DNA from: Marsupella aquatica
Lineage: Eukaryota > Plantae > Marchantiophyta
Direction: 5' to 3'
Assembly (NCBI GenBank): GCA_973895155.1
Contig: OZ316895.1
Location: forward strand, 17,989,880-18,053,879
DNA: 64,000 nt
A program made the position numbers and the translations under genes. The notes beneath the pieces are model-generated. The model worked only from the letters and a program-made list of their open reading frames with translations. It made no database searches and had not been told where the DNA came from. This document shows, piece after piece, positions 24,328-37,869 of this stretch (position 1 is its first letter; every line of letters starts with the position of its first letter).

Positions 24328-27037
24328 TGTGACGCCGATGACATGGTCCTTATTCTATAATCTGAGTAAGTAGGTTACTGTATGTAAGGAGTAGCTATTG
24401 ATATTGCATAACAATTAGCAAGCTGGCAAGAATAAGGGCAATCATGGTGTTAAGAGTAGGGATAAAGGTATTTCAGCTTGAAGACTGCACAACCAAGGCA
24501 GACACAGTTGAGGTAGTCACTCTCAAGGCCACAAAGGAGAAATTGGGGAAGAGAGGATTCAGCTCTTCAAGCATACCATCTTCTTGACAAGCAAGATGGA
24601 GCATGGAGGCTCTTCAAGACGCCGGTATGGAGGTAGGCGTGGTAATTCAAGGAAGTGAGTCTCCATAGCTGAATATGAAGCTGTGGGGTATGGTGATTGT
24701 GCTCAGGATGAAATCTAACTGTCTTGGGTGTGTAGCTTCATTTTGTTATTTGGGTTAGTGGTTCATAGTCTAGTCTTAGAATGTTAGGGAAATAAAAGCT
24801 ATGTTGCGGGTGGTCGGCAACCATGTCTATTTCAATACATCACCAAATCCGGATCTGTAAAGAGCATTGGAAAGATCTGGTCAAGGCGAGTAAATTCGAT
24901 ATAAAACACTCGGGAAACGGAGGTGTATTAAGGAAGATACGACCTGATTAGTGTGACGGGTTAACTTGTGGCCGGAATTAGCGGATTCGGCTTCGGTTTC
25001 GGGTTAACCTAAGCTCGGCCACGGCTTAGCTTATGTGAGCATGGCTTCAGCTTAGCTCATGTAAGCATGGCTTCAGCTTAGCTCAGGTCAGCCTAGCTTC
25101 AGCTTAGGCTTAACCCGGGTTCGGATTAGATTGATCCCGGATTAGACTGAACTCGGGTTTGCCTAAACTCGGGCTTGGGTTAGCATAGGTAAGTTCGGGT
25201 TCGGGCTCAGCTTAGCCTAGGTTAGCGGATAGCGGGTAGCGGCCTAACCCGAGACCACGGGTTAGCTCTACTCGGGTTAGCTATGTAACTCGAGTTAGCA
25301 TAGCAGTGAGTACCCCCTCTCGGTTGCGGGGGCATAACTTTCTCTGTATTTGCCCAAATTGGCTATAATTGACCTCGTTGGAAAGAGGAGCTCAAGCCGC
25401 TTCCAACGCTGCTATCCACGCAGCAAATGGTTGAATAGAGAAATCGGGAGAGGAGGCGCAAGCTCCCAAAAACCATGGAGGAGGGCCAAATCCGAAGTAC
25501 ATAGTCAATTCGAGATAGAAATAAAGTTGCGAGTTAGGGTTCAGTAGTTAGAGATAGTGGCGGCTCTGTTAGGGCTGGGATGGGGCTCCAGCGGCGTAGT
25601 ATCCACCCATTTGGGCTCAGTATGAGAGTATATAGAGCAGCCCCCCCGGTAGAGGCAAGGGGGGGGACTTCAGTTGTGTGATCTCACGTAGACTAAGCAG
25701 CAGAGAGGAGCTCTGTGCAAGGAAGGCTGGGCTTGGAAGCTGTGTGTTGGGGAGAGCTTGGTTGTGCTATTACTCAGGGAGTAATCAATCACGCTTCACA
25801 GCAATAGTTGGCCAGGTTTGTAAGCTGGATTGTGGCTCTTTCTAGTAGGCAACACAACTGGGTTCTTTTCCCCAGATACAGAGCCTTGGTGATGTGTTGG
25901 TGATTGTAAACTGTGGGGAGGATTTCAATGTGATTTGCGATGAGCACATTAGGGAGGTTGAGATATTGATTGAGGGGCAGCAAGAGGAGCATTTACAATT
26001 TAGTCTGGCAAGGCTACGTGATCCATGGGGAGTCCCGGCCTTTGTCTGGTAGAGAGCACTAAGGGATTTATGGCCAGGGCTGAGCTTGCAGGGCAAGCAT
26101 GAGGCCGGGCCTCATTGCAATCTGGGGTAGATCGCCGTTAGGCCTGGTACCAACTTTGAAGCCGAGTCAACTGTGCATGCGTAACTTGACATTTTGAAAT
26201 GGAGGTGTGAGATCTGTATGTGCCCCCCAAGAATGAAGTGCAGTGAAGGAGGTTGAGTTCAGGATTGAGTTTGCAAGGCAAGTACGGGATTGGTTCAAGT
26301 CCAATCTGCCGTCGCAATCTGGAGTGAGTCGGGCTCAGGTTCAGGATTGAGCTTGCATGGCAAGCACGGGGCAAGCACGTCGCAATCTGGAGGAGACAGC
26401 CTTTGGGCCTAGTGTTCGGATCAAGTGTTCTCAGTGAACTATTGTGCACATCTTTGAATCTAATTGAGTTTTCCTCTCTGGCCTCATTTCTCTCATGGAT
26501 GTGTGTGTGTGTGTGTGTGAGGCAATCTGAGTGTATGATGGGACTAGCAGCGCCACTGAGAGGTGTACCGGGTGCATTGAAGTGGGTTGGGTGAGGGCTA
26601 TCACAGCTCTGATTGCTAAGAGTGGAATGGCAGAGTGGTGGGGCAATGGCTTAGAAGTCCCTAAGCCGGGAATCAGTCAGGAGTCACTGGTTTATGGGTA
26701 CATTCCGGCAGCGGAATAGAAATATACCTATGATAGTAAGCATACGTATAGACATATGCGCATCGTAGCGCTAGGCCCTGTGTGTACGGGCCCGATATGA
26801 AGACCCCTTCTCACCAGAACTATCATGAGCACAGGATCTAAATCCCAACCTTGGTTCCTAGAGATTGAGCTTGGGTGATATGTGACAGAGTCTGGCTATG
26901 ATAGTCTGGTGTTAAGGGCTTAAACTGGTGTTTACCGGCCTTCACAACATCCCTTCGTGATCCTCAGGTACAAGGAGATGGTTTTGACACCCAATAGTGA
27001 CGGTTTTGGTGTTGAGACCCATGTCAATTGCGTGACA
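24328..27037 (+). mobile_element. Family G probable solo LTR (2,710 bp), no long ORF
   Basis: tgtgacgcc...gcgtgaca with TSD CTTAG (24323-24327 / 27038-27042). Internal ~24-bp tandem repeats at ~25015-25110. Confidence 0.88.
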
Positions 27038-27249
27038 CTTAGAGCTAACTAGAACTAAGTTGTAGCTAACAAAGTGTCAGATAAAGCAATCACATATACT
27101 TAGAAGTTAAACTACCTATCTAGTAATCGCTCTAGCTTGCTAACCATATGTATCTCCTCGGGCAATTCTACACAGCAAACCGACGTTTCCCCCTTCTCCG
27201 TGAGGGTTAACTAGATTAGGCTGTAGCCGGTACATATCGGATAGAGAAT

Positions 27250-28951
27250 ACATATACAAGAATTCTAACACTAAGTATCCTTGTGCAAAATTTGAAGCCT
27301 TGCACAATGCTTCGTGAAAAAATAGCCAATGGAATGACTTTAGTTAACATATCAGCCGGATTGAGTTTCTCGTCAACCTTGATTAATTCAATCTCTTTCA
27401 ATTCTTAGTAGCTGCTTGCCTGAGAAAGTGGTACCTGATATCAATGTGCTTTATCCTACCATGGTGTGGTTTGCCGCAAAATATACAACATTGTTGCCAT
27501 CACAATGAAGATCCACTTGCTCCTATATATGGAACAACTTTTTACTAACCTATCCCCCAAGCTGACCATAATTATCAACCTGTCCCCCAAACTATTTTAA
27601 TTCCTAAGTTGACCCCCTAATTGTACAATGGTTAACTTTAACTCATGTACTTAACCCAAGGTCAATCACTATTGGCCCACGAGCATTTTTTAAACGAGAG
27701 TACATGTTGGGAAGGAAACAGGGGCACGATGGGACGGAAGGGATGGCCCTGTCATCGGGCCTGCCTTTGTGGGTTCGTTGGGGCTAGGATGAAGCCGGGG
27801 TTGTGGCTGCCCTATTGCAATCATGCCAAACAACCGGGGTTAGGGTAGGACAAGCTAGGGTTTGGCATGGCCAATAGGGCCTTGCCATAAGTCATGCGAC
27901 AAATAGGGAATGACCTCAGGTTAAGTACATGAGTTTAAGTTAACCCATATACCGAAAGGGGGTCGACTTAGGAATTAAAATAGTTTGGGGGACAGATTGA
28001 TAATTATGGTCAGTTTGGGGGATAGGTTAGTATATATATCCATAGGTTAATTTGGGGATAGGCTTAGCCAACTTCCCCAACCAAAAGGTCTCCTTTGCTT
28101 TCGCTTGCAACTTTCTGAACTTCAATTGAAGATGGGATTGAAATTTGAGATACACACCTTTGTTTAATGGACTGCCATCTCTCACAACCTTGTGAGAATT
28201 ACTATGAACAACTCCCAATGTCCACATTCTGGGACTTTGTTTCTGTCCATACAAAACAACAACCTGCAAACCAGATTTACTTCACCCTTTTCCACAAAAC
28301 TTTGTGGCTTCCCCATGAAAATCATTCATAATGACATAGTCCCCCACATAGTCCAAACAAGAATAATGTAACTATATCCACATGCTCCACGCAAAACCCA
28401 AACAAGTGCCATAGCCAAGCACAAAAGTAGTTGTTGCTACAACACGTCTTCTATGGTCAACCCACACCCTTCCTCTTCTCAACCCATTCAGAAGCACCAT
28501 CCTACTTCACGAACACCCACTTGCTATCAATGATTGTCTTGCTTTCCTTCTTGTTTCTCTACAAGACTGCATCTCTATTTGCATGGCAACACACCACTTT
28601 TCTTTCTCTAATGAAGATCACCATCTTCTATCAGCGAAGTAGCTCCATAATCATCACTATCATCAGCACTATCTAGTCTCTCAAAGGGGATACCACATAC
28701 CATACTGGACTTCTTGATGGGCAGGAAAATGATCTCCTACATGATTCTTTTCCACCAAAATCAATTGGTGATCTTGGTACCGCTGGTACAATTGGTGCTG
28801 GTGTTGGTACATGAGCATACACATGCTCATACTCCCCCTCAATCCTGTCAACACCTGGAGTTTCTACTGTTTCCTCCCCCTCCTTCGATGATGGACCCTC
28901 ATTGAAGGAAACAATCTTGTTGACAACCAACTTTTGTGCCATGGGTCCCAT
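27250..28951 (-). pseudogene. pol: Copia 2 pol remnants (RNase H, integrase C-terminal region), internally deleted
   Basis: AKETFWLGKLA, VDLHCDGN, KHIDIRYHF-like, IELIKVDEKLNPADMLTK. KLVVNKIVSFNE resembles the post-integrase region. Confidence 0.7.
27545..28030. mobile_element. MITE with ~115-bp TIRs
   Basis: ctaacctatcccccaagctgaccataattatcaa... and ...ttgataattatggtcagtttgggggataggttag, flanked by TA on both sides. Inserted in Copia RNase H. Exact ends uncertain. Confidence 0.75.
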
Positions 28952-29259
28952 AAACCCCCTTTGGTACCTAATACAAACTACCCATAATTATGTATCTCCG
29001 TAGGAAATTTTAGAAGGTAACCCCCTCTATAAGTAGAGCTAACTAGAATTAAGCCGTAGGTGACAAATTGTAAGATAGAGCATTGTCGTCGGGGTGGAGC
29101 ACAGGGAAGCAACAAACCCTAGCCAGAATTATGTATCCGCACCAATCTTCTCCCTTGATGAGTGTCGTGCTTGACTTAAGATGAGCAAACTAACTTGGAA
29201 CACTAGCTAACAATCCTCTTTCGAGTGAACCCCTCTATAGCCTTGGATTACTAGGCTTC

Positions 29260-30717
29260 ACACCAACATAGACTTATTACCAATAATATTTCCTACCACC
29301 CTTGCACTACTACTACTGCATGCTTGCTGTAGGGTTGTGGTTGCTTCTTCATATTTCTGTCTCTTCTTATCTAGTAATTCTTCTGTTTCCGTCAGCTGCT
29401 TCATCATGACCTTGTTAGATGCAGACTTCTTCTACACTTTCACGAGGAGTCACTCAACCTTCTCTTCTGCTACTCTCAACTTTTCTTTGTCTCGGGTCTT
29501 GCCCTCGGACTCCATGACTATTATCCTAACCATCGCCCTGGCCTCCTTCAAATCCCTCAACCAGTAGCGTAGATCCTTGGTGTTGGGGATTGGCTTCCCT
29601 ATAAAAGCCAGGCTTTGGGCGAAAGTCTTTAATTTGGCCAAATTGGTAGTGTCCGGGAGTTTGGACAGTGTGGGTTGTTGGAAGGTGGCTTTCCTCCTTT
29701 CTTCTTCCTCTTCTTCTTCTTCATCTTCTTCACCTAGGAGGTTCATCGCCCTCCTCTTTCTCTTGAGACTCTTACGACATTGCTCGGCTTGCTTGCTCAG
29801 GTTCCGTAGGGCCTATGCTCCTCCCTCACTTTTTGCATCCAAATTTAGGGGTGCTTCCCCCTTGTCTTCCTCTTCATTGCCCTCAAAGTCCTCCTCGTTG
29901 TACTCCGAGGGATCCACATTGACGTTGGCTTGGATCCCAACGTCGTCCTCATCTGCGGTATCCACTGGGCCTCTACTTGATCTTCTGGCTCCAATTCATC
30001 TGAGTCCAAATTATCCGGCGGGGCCCTACTGATTGCCTCCTGGACACCAATTACATTGTGCACTATAATCCCCAATTGATATGCTAAGAGCAACCGGAAC
30101 TTCAGACAGCCCTTCAAGTCGATCATAGCGGATACACTTGAATTCCATAATTGAAGTAGATGGAGGCATCCCACAAACAGAGCTCTTGTGACAGAAATTC
30201 TTGGTGATTTGGCGTGATGGTATCCACTCTTAACCATCACCCACTTGGTGCAAAATTCTATGAAGTTCAGATACTCCTTCTGCTGGATGGCTCCATACTG
30301 CATGTTTTCTTGGTTTATCCGGACCTCTGTCTGCTGCAAGAAGGCTGCCACGCCCTCCTTCTTGATTGGGTCTACTTGGTAAGTGAGCGGCAATCCCCCC
30401 GCCCTGGGTAGTCCAAACATGTTGCATAGCTTCAAATTGGAGAAGGTATAAGTCTTCTCCTTGTATGTAATAAACATCCCCTCAGGTGACATTGTCACCT
30501 TTGTAATTTGCGAGCAGATTTCTCCTGCTTGAGAGGTCGATAGATAGCGGTCCATCCGGACCAAGCCATAAATTATGGCTCTGTCAAGTATTGCTCGGCT
30601 CTCCTCAATGCGCTGTACCTCCGTGATGGAGTTGCGTGTCTTCTCCTCTGCAGACAGAGCTCCCTTCTTGTTTTTAGTCGGGGGAACTTTTGCTCTCCGT
30701 GCTCCCGCTCCCTCCAT
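29260..30717 (-). pseudogene. ORF H: plant-transposon-domain + coiled-coil protein, homologous to the LTR-encoded proteins
   Basis: 290-aa ORF 29845-30717 (EGMFITYKEKTYTFSNLKLCNMFGLP), then frameshifted acidic/basic and heptad segments (29450-29746 and beyond). Confidence 0.65.
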
Positions 30718-31180
30718 CTTTGCTCAATGAAATTAGTAATGTAAATGAGGAGTGAGTGGGCAGTTGCGCTGCGATCCAGCGTATGCTTTTGTTGAGAAGG
30801 AGGGCCAATGAGTGCACAAATGCTTTGTGAGGCAAATTGAGCTTGCCTCTTTGCCTTAAGCTTGAAGGATTTCCTGCTTTGGTCTATGAATGTCTGGAAG
30901 GGCGGGATGGTCCTTGTCTCCTAAGCATGCGGTGTCTTGGTCAAGTGCCCCATTGATGATGGCCCTAGTTGTGGTATTATTTTGGGGGCTACTTATGATT
31001 GCCTTCTACTCATGCCTTAGTGAAGGCACGGCACCTGATGTGGTTGTGTACGCAGCCCCCTCTTGTTACGACTAGCGGCGGTACCTTAAGTACTATTTAT
31101 GGCTATCCCAATTGTATCACGGTAATAATTGTGCTTTATTAAAATGACAAAAAAAGATTGGGATCCTCACAAGCATACAT

Positions 31181-33510
31181 TGTCACGCGATTGACATGGG
31201 TCTTAACACCAAAAACGTACTATGGGTGCCAAAACCATCTCCTTGTACCTGAGGATCACGAAGGGATGTTGTGAATGCCGGTAAACACCAGTTTATGCCC
31301 TTAACACCAGACTATCATAGCAAGACTCTATCACACATCACCCAAGCTCAATCCCAAGGAACCAAGGTTGGGGATCAGATCTGCGCTCATGATAGTTCTG
31401 GTGAGAAGGGGTCTTCATATCGGGCCCGTACACACAGGGCCTAGCGCTACGGTGCGCATAGGTCTATACATATGCTTACTGTCATAGGTATGTTTCTATT
31501 CCGCCGCCGGAATGTACCCATAAACCAGTGACTCCTGACTGATTCCCGGCTTAGGGACTTCTAAGCCATTGCCCCACCACTTTGCCATTCCACTCTCAAC
31601 AATCAGAGCTATGACAGTCCTCACCCAGCCCGCTTCAATGCACCCGGTACACCTCTCAGTGGCGCTGCTAGTTCCATCATACACTCAGATTGCCTCACAC
31701 ACACACACATCCATGAGAGAAATGAGGCCTGAGAGGAAAACTCAATTAGATTCAAAGATGTGCACAATAGTTCACTGAGAACACTTGATCCGAACACTAG
31801 GGCCGAAGGCTGTCTCCTCCAGATTGTGACGTGCTTGCCCTGCAAGCCCCGTGCTTGCCATGCAAGCTCAATCCTGAACTCAACCTCCTTCACTGCACTT
31901 CATTCTTGGGGGCACATACAGATCTCACACCTCCAATTCAGAACGTCAAGTTACGCATGCATAGTTGACTCGACTTCAAAGCTGGTACCAGGCCTAACGG
32001 CGATCTATCCCAGACTGCAATGAGGCCCGGCCTCACGCTTGCCCTGCAAGCTCAGCTCTGGCCATAGATCCCTTAGTGCTCTCCACCAGACAAAGGCCGG
32101 GACTCCCCATGGATCACGTAGCCTTGCCAGACTGAACTGTAAATGCTCCTCCTGCTGCCCCTTAATCAGTACCTCAGCCTCCCTAATGTGCCCACCGCAA
32201 ATCGAATTGAAATCCTCCCCACAGTTTACAATCACCAATACATCACCTATCACCAAGGCTCTGTATCGGGGGAAAAGAACCCAATTGTGCTGCTCACTAG
32301 AAAGAGCCACAATCCAGCTCGCAAACCTAGCAACCCGTTGCTGTGAAGCTTGGCTGATTACTCCCTGAGTAATAGCACAACCAAGCTCTCCCCAACACGC
32401 AGCGTCCAAGTCCAGCCTTGCTTGCACAGAGCTCCTCCCCGCTACTCAGTCTAAGTGAGATCACACAACTGAAGTCCCCCCCCTGCCTCTACCGGAGGGA
32501 TGCTCTATATACTCTCTCATACTGAGCCCAAATGGGTGGATACTATGCTGCTGGAACCCCATCCCAGCCCTAATAGAGCCGCCACTATCTCTAACTACTG
32601 AACCCTAACTCGCAACTTTATTTCTATCTCGAATTGGCTATGTACTTCGGATTCGGCCCTCCTCCATGGTTTTTGCGAGCTTGCGCCTCCTCTCCCGATT
32701 TCTCTATTTAACCATTTTCTGCGTGGATAGCAGCGTTGGAAGCGGCTTGAGCTCCTCTTTCCAACGAGGTCAATTATAGCCGATTTGATCAAATACACAG
32801 AGAGTTATGCCCCCGCAACCGAGAGGGGGTACTCACTGCTGCGCTAACCCGAGTTTGGCTAACCTAGCTATCCTATCTAACCTGAGTAGAGCTAACCCGT
32901 GGTCTCGGGTTAGGCCGCTACCCGCTATCCGCTATCCGCTAACCTAGCCTAAGCTGAGCCCGAATCCGAGCTTACCTATGCTAACCTGAGGCCGCGCTGA
33001 CCTGAGCTAACCTGAAGCCGTGTTGACCTGAGCTAAGCTGAAGCCGTGCTGACCTGAGCTAAGCTGAAGCCGTTCTTACCTGAGATAAGCTGAAGCCGTG
33101 CTTACCTAAGCTAAGCTGAAGCCGTGCTCACATAAGCTAAGCCGTGGTCGAACTTGGGTTAACCCGAAACTGAAGCCGAATCCGCTAATTCCGGCCACAA
33201 GTTAACCCGTCACACTAATCAGGCCGTATCTTTCTTAATACACCTCCGTTTCCCGAGTGTTTTATATCGATTTTACTCGCCTTGACCAGATCTTTCCAAT
33301 GCTCTTTACAGATCCGGATTTGGTGACATATTGAAAGAGATATGGTCACCGACCACCTGCGACATAGCTTTTATTTCCCTACTCTTAACGCCATGATTGC
33401 CCTTATTCTTGCCATCTTGCTAATTGTTATGCAATATCAATAGCTACTCCTTGCATACAGCAACCTACTTAATCAGATTACAAAATAAGGACCATGTCAT
33501 TGGCGTCACA
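31181..33510 (-). mobile_element. Family G probable solo LTR (2,330 bp)
   Basis: tgtcacgc...ggcgtcaca with TSD TACAT (31176-31180 / 33511-33515). Inverted homologue of 24328-27037 lacking ~330 bp. 24-bp tandem array gctaagctgaagccgtgctgacct at ~32980-33145. Confidence 0.88.
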
Positions 33511-34169
33511 TACATACACCTCAAAACTTACACCATGTTGTTTACCAAGGACATGGTCTCCCTTCAATGAAACAGTGATAACATCAGCAAGAATAGTTGT
33601 GATCCCTTGAATATGCAAACTTTCCCACTTCTTTCATTTCATCACCTTTAGAGAGCCCTAAGAGACTCTCAAAACTCCATTAGTTATACCTTAATAGCCA
33701 ACCATATCCAAAATTGCATGTTTCATGTGAACCTTAAAGGTACCACGTACCAAAGACTTGACAAGGTTGTGTAAGAAATTGTCGGCTTTGGATTAGTTAG
33801 CCAGCAATGCAGAACATGAGAGCACTCAATCTCACACTACATCAACAAGACACCACGATGGAGAACTCTTGAACGATCCAGAGCTTATGAGAAAGTACAT
33901 GTGAAGAATGAGGGAGAGAATGCTCTCCCTCCAACCTATACCCCCAGGGGGCCAAGATATGTGGGCCTAATCCAAGTGTATCCTAATGTAATCCAAGGTT
34001 TAACTAACCCTAGTAAGGCCAAACTAAGTAGAAGTCGGGAACTTGAGTCAATTCGTAATAATCTCCACCTTGACTCCAGTTCACACAATGAATCAGGTTA
34101 AACACAATATGTAACTAAGTAACATATCTAAAGTCTCTCGTTTGGCCCTAATTAACTATATCCACACAA

Positions 34170-36745
34170 TGACTTTAAAGCTACTAGTACTAAAGCTATT
34201 GGTAGGTAAAACTTTGGTAAGCATGTCTGTCTCGTTCTCCTTTGAAGCCACCTTCTCCAGAAACATATGCCTTGTCTCAATCACCTCATGGATGAAGTGA
34301 AGTGGTGGGCCTAGCCACCCAATGCCCTCACCAATCCCAGCACCCATGCCTAAGTGCCCTTGGTGCCCAAACGCCTCCATGAAACTCCTTGAGCAAACAA
34401 CTTTATGCCTTTTGCACCCCCAATGACCACTCCCATACAAATTAAGCCGCACTTGCTCCCTAACACGATCGTTGCTCAACAGTTCTCACTATTTGCACAA
34501 GCGACCAAGCACTCTGGTAAATAACCCAAGGATCTACAATAGGCATTCCAAGACTAGCATCCTACTCTGCAAGCTCAAAGACATTGGTAAGTAGGTCAGC
34601 GAATAGGTCCTCCCTAGCCCATGTGGCCTTGCCATAAGCCGAAGCCAGAGCCAACACCCATTGTTTATCTAGAACAACCCCGCTTGGGTGCAGCCCGTGC
34701 TCCCCCACGTACCTATCCAACATTGGCTGACTGTCCTACCCCTAGGACATGCTTGTGGCCCAAATAACGTAGCTTGTCCTAAACCATCGAGACCAGGATG
34801 GTCCTAACTCTTGCAACCAACTCACGATTCTCACTCAATTGATAGCCTAGGTTCCAAGTGCACTTGGAATTCAACCTCCATGCCTACATGGCCTTGCCTC
34901 CCCAACACAAGCTCTCGTGAGAAACTGAACACGGCTTGGCTGTTGTTTTGGCAAAATTTGGCAAGCAAACAAGATAGCCCGGGCCCAGAAATTCCAAGAA
35001 TTTGTGGCACCCCCAGACCCAGATGAGATCAAGAGGATGTAGTTCTCTTTTAGATCTTTCCAACGCATCCAAGAAGTCCTCCAATGGACTTCCCAATGAG
35101 AAGATATTATCATTTCCGTTTGGTCTCTCCCCTTGGTGTACGTCGCGACCGCCACGGCTCACGATTTGTGCTTGCAATCTTAATTGGCCCCAGGGAGACA
35201 CCACTCCCTTTATATATGCTACTGGAGACCTGCCACCCCCAAACCCACTTTGTTCCCCAAATTTGACCCCCTACCTGGACCCCAACCCACGCATGGGCAT
35301 GCAACTAACTTGCTACGCCCATAACTTTCTACCTAGTTAGGCGTCCGTAGGCAAAGTGCCTTAGTTAGCCTGTTGTGATCAGACTGACCTAGTGCTCATG
35401 CCTAGGCTCTCAGAGCCCATTGTCACTCTGGTGTCCCGGGCGGCCACACTTGGGCCGCGCCGTAACTCATGCGCCCAACGCCCGTTGCACATGAAGTAAA
35501 CTCCATTAGTCTTAGGCCCAAGAGAAGCTCTCACTCAAGCCCTCAGAATCCAAAGTATGTTTGGGGGTCCAAACGTTCCACCTTGAACCCAAACCCTTCC
35601 CCTGACCCGACCAGCCTAAGTCCTTAACTAGTGTGCGCCACCAGCTTAGTGCCTCGCCTTCGCTAGTGCAATGCCTCAGTGCCCACTAGTCTCCCCATGC
35701 TTAGTCCTCATCGGATGACCGTTCCAAGCTTGGACCATAGAGAAGCTCGGCGTTAGAGTCAGCAATGTGGGAGCTAAGTGTTAAGGTGTTGAGTCCCATG
35801 ACTAGTGATAATGAATGTCAATGTGCTTTGCCCTAACATGGAACACAGGGCTCTTAGCCATATGCAAAGCACTTTGACTGTCACACATCAACACCGGTCT
35901 TTCAGTTGAAAGACCCAGATCACTCACCAATCTCTGTAGCCAAATCAACTCCTTGGTTGCCTCACAGACAACCATATACTCAGCATTAGTACTAGACATT
36001 CAACGCAACATAGGATTGAGTTGTCGACTTCCAGATGATACAACCTCCACCCAACATAAACATATGATAGCCTATGGTAGACTTCATGTTATCCTTGGAA
36101 GTTACCAACATAATTTGAATTTACAAAACCTTCCAATTCTAATGTAGAGTCTCTTTTACTGTCAATAGAATTCCACAATCTAAGGTATCTTTCAAATACC
36201 GCAAAACCCACTTCACTGCTTCCCAATGAAGTTTACCAGAGTTTGTCATAAATCTGTTCAAAATGCTATATAATAGTGTGGGCAATGTCAGGTCTAGTGG
36301 ATGTCATTGCATACATGATCAAACTACCAACCCACAACACTATCATAGGGAACCTCTTTAATCGTCAATCTATCATTGACTCTCACTAGAAGGGCAATCA
36401 TTCTTTGAGAGTTTAAAGTGGGAAGCCAATGGAGTACCAACTGGTTTTGCATTCTCTAATGCCATACTTGGCAAATACCTTCTCCAAATAATGCCTTTGA
36501 GACAACCTCCTCTCAAGGGCTCCTCCGCGTAACCCTTGAGACAACATGAAGGAATGAAAACGCTTATTCCATTGACTGGGACTCTACTTCAACCCGTATA
36601 AGGAGTGCAAGAGCTGACACACCAAGTGTCTAGTCTTTTCATCAATAAAACCTGGAGACTGAGTCATATAACTCTCCACATCAAGCAATCCATGTAGGAA
36701 AGCAATAATTACATTCATTTGATCTAACTCAAGATCATAGAATGT
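34170..36745 (-). pseudogene. pol: Copia RT / RNase H pseudogene
   Basis: YDLELDQMNVIIAFLHG, SLYGLK, SSTNAEYMVVCEATKELIWL, CDSQSALHM, RAKHIDIHYH|FIHEV, DMLTK. Confidence 0.88.
34301..35803 (-). mobile_element. Family F element (1,503 bp, AGT...ACT ends)
   Basis: agtggtgg...cccatgact with TSD AGTGA (34296-34300 / 35804-35808). Splits Copia RNase H at HYH|FIH. Confidence 0.85.
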
Positions 36746-37869
36746 TGTGACCGGGTCCCCGTTCCCAAAGACCAACCTTAATTGATTACAGAGCATTTTT
36801 AATGTATATAAGCCACATGTAAATATCCTATTTCAAGCACAATTTTTTATTTTCTTGCATAACTAACTAAGTTAATGAGACGGTTTTGTGTGTTCATGGT
36901 GCACTTGAGGGTCGGCGCACTTGGACCCGGGGAGTAACTCAATTTTTCTATGGCCCCTTAGTTCACTTTGTGGTTGGCCGTGCCGTGAAAATAGAGTACC
37001 CTGACGGGCTGTTTAAGTCCCGGCTAAGGTACAGGGCTTTTGGGGGGTTTAAAACCCCATTTGTTAAGGCCAGGAGGAGAGGGGGAGCCCATAAGGGGCA
37101 ACCCCGGGAGGCTGCCACTTGGAATCCCAGAGACATAAGGAACATGCCGGGAACTCATAAGGACAACCGGGTCTGGCAGTATGGAACCCGGCTTTTGGAG
37201 GCCCCGACAAGGGAGGTTAGTGAATAAAGGGCAACCCCGATAGTGAGGGCGACCCCTGCAGCAAGGCAAAACCGTAGGAAGGAGGTTGAAGGGAGGGGGG
37301 CAGTAAATGACCCCCAAACCGGAGTGTCGCGCCCCTAACCCGGGCCTTAAATCCAGTTTACTTTCATGGGGCGACTTTGACCACTAGTCGGGGTGAGGGT
37401 TCGGGCAAGGAGGTGTGTAGTGGCCTCAATTAGCCCTAAGTCGGGCTAAGGCAATATACTTACTGGTATAACACTCACGCAACTCGTACTAGTCATAGGT
37501 ATATTTGTTTTCCACCGCTGGAATATTCCCACAGTTAGTGACTCGGACTAACTCCCGGCTTGGGGCTTTCAAGCCATTGACGTGACAGAACCTTGTGACA
37601 TGAAATGGGTGGCAATCCCTACCATTAGTCCGCACCCAGTACGTCCCTTGAAATGACGCCTTTGCCCAGACAAAGCATACACACAACACCAGTTACTCGC
37701 GGAAACATTAGAGGGAAAAGACTACATTTACTCAGCGAAGAATCAGTTTACATATGTGATGCCTAGACAGGAATCACTCGGCCGGTTAAGTGGGTAAAGC
37801 AGGAAGGCACCCTAGGAACACCTTAGTATAGTGACAAAACAAGGAAAATATAAACAATTAGGGGCAACC

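Noticed and set aside
32980-33145. CRISPR-like array (also 25015-25110 and 23522-23565)
   Set aside because: Head-to-tail repeats without unique spacers, inside LTRs, in eukaryotic context with no cas genes.
24328-33510. One large foldback element formed by the inverted G copies
   Set aside because: Each copy has its own distinct TSD (CTTAG, TACAT), so they are independent insertions.
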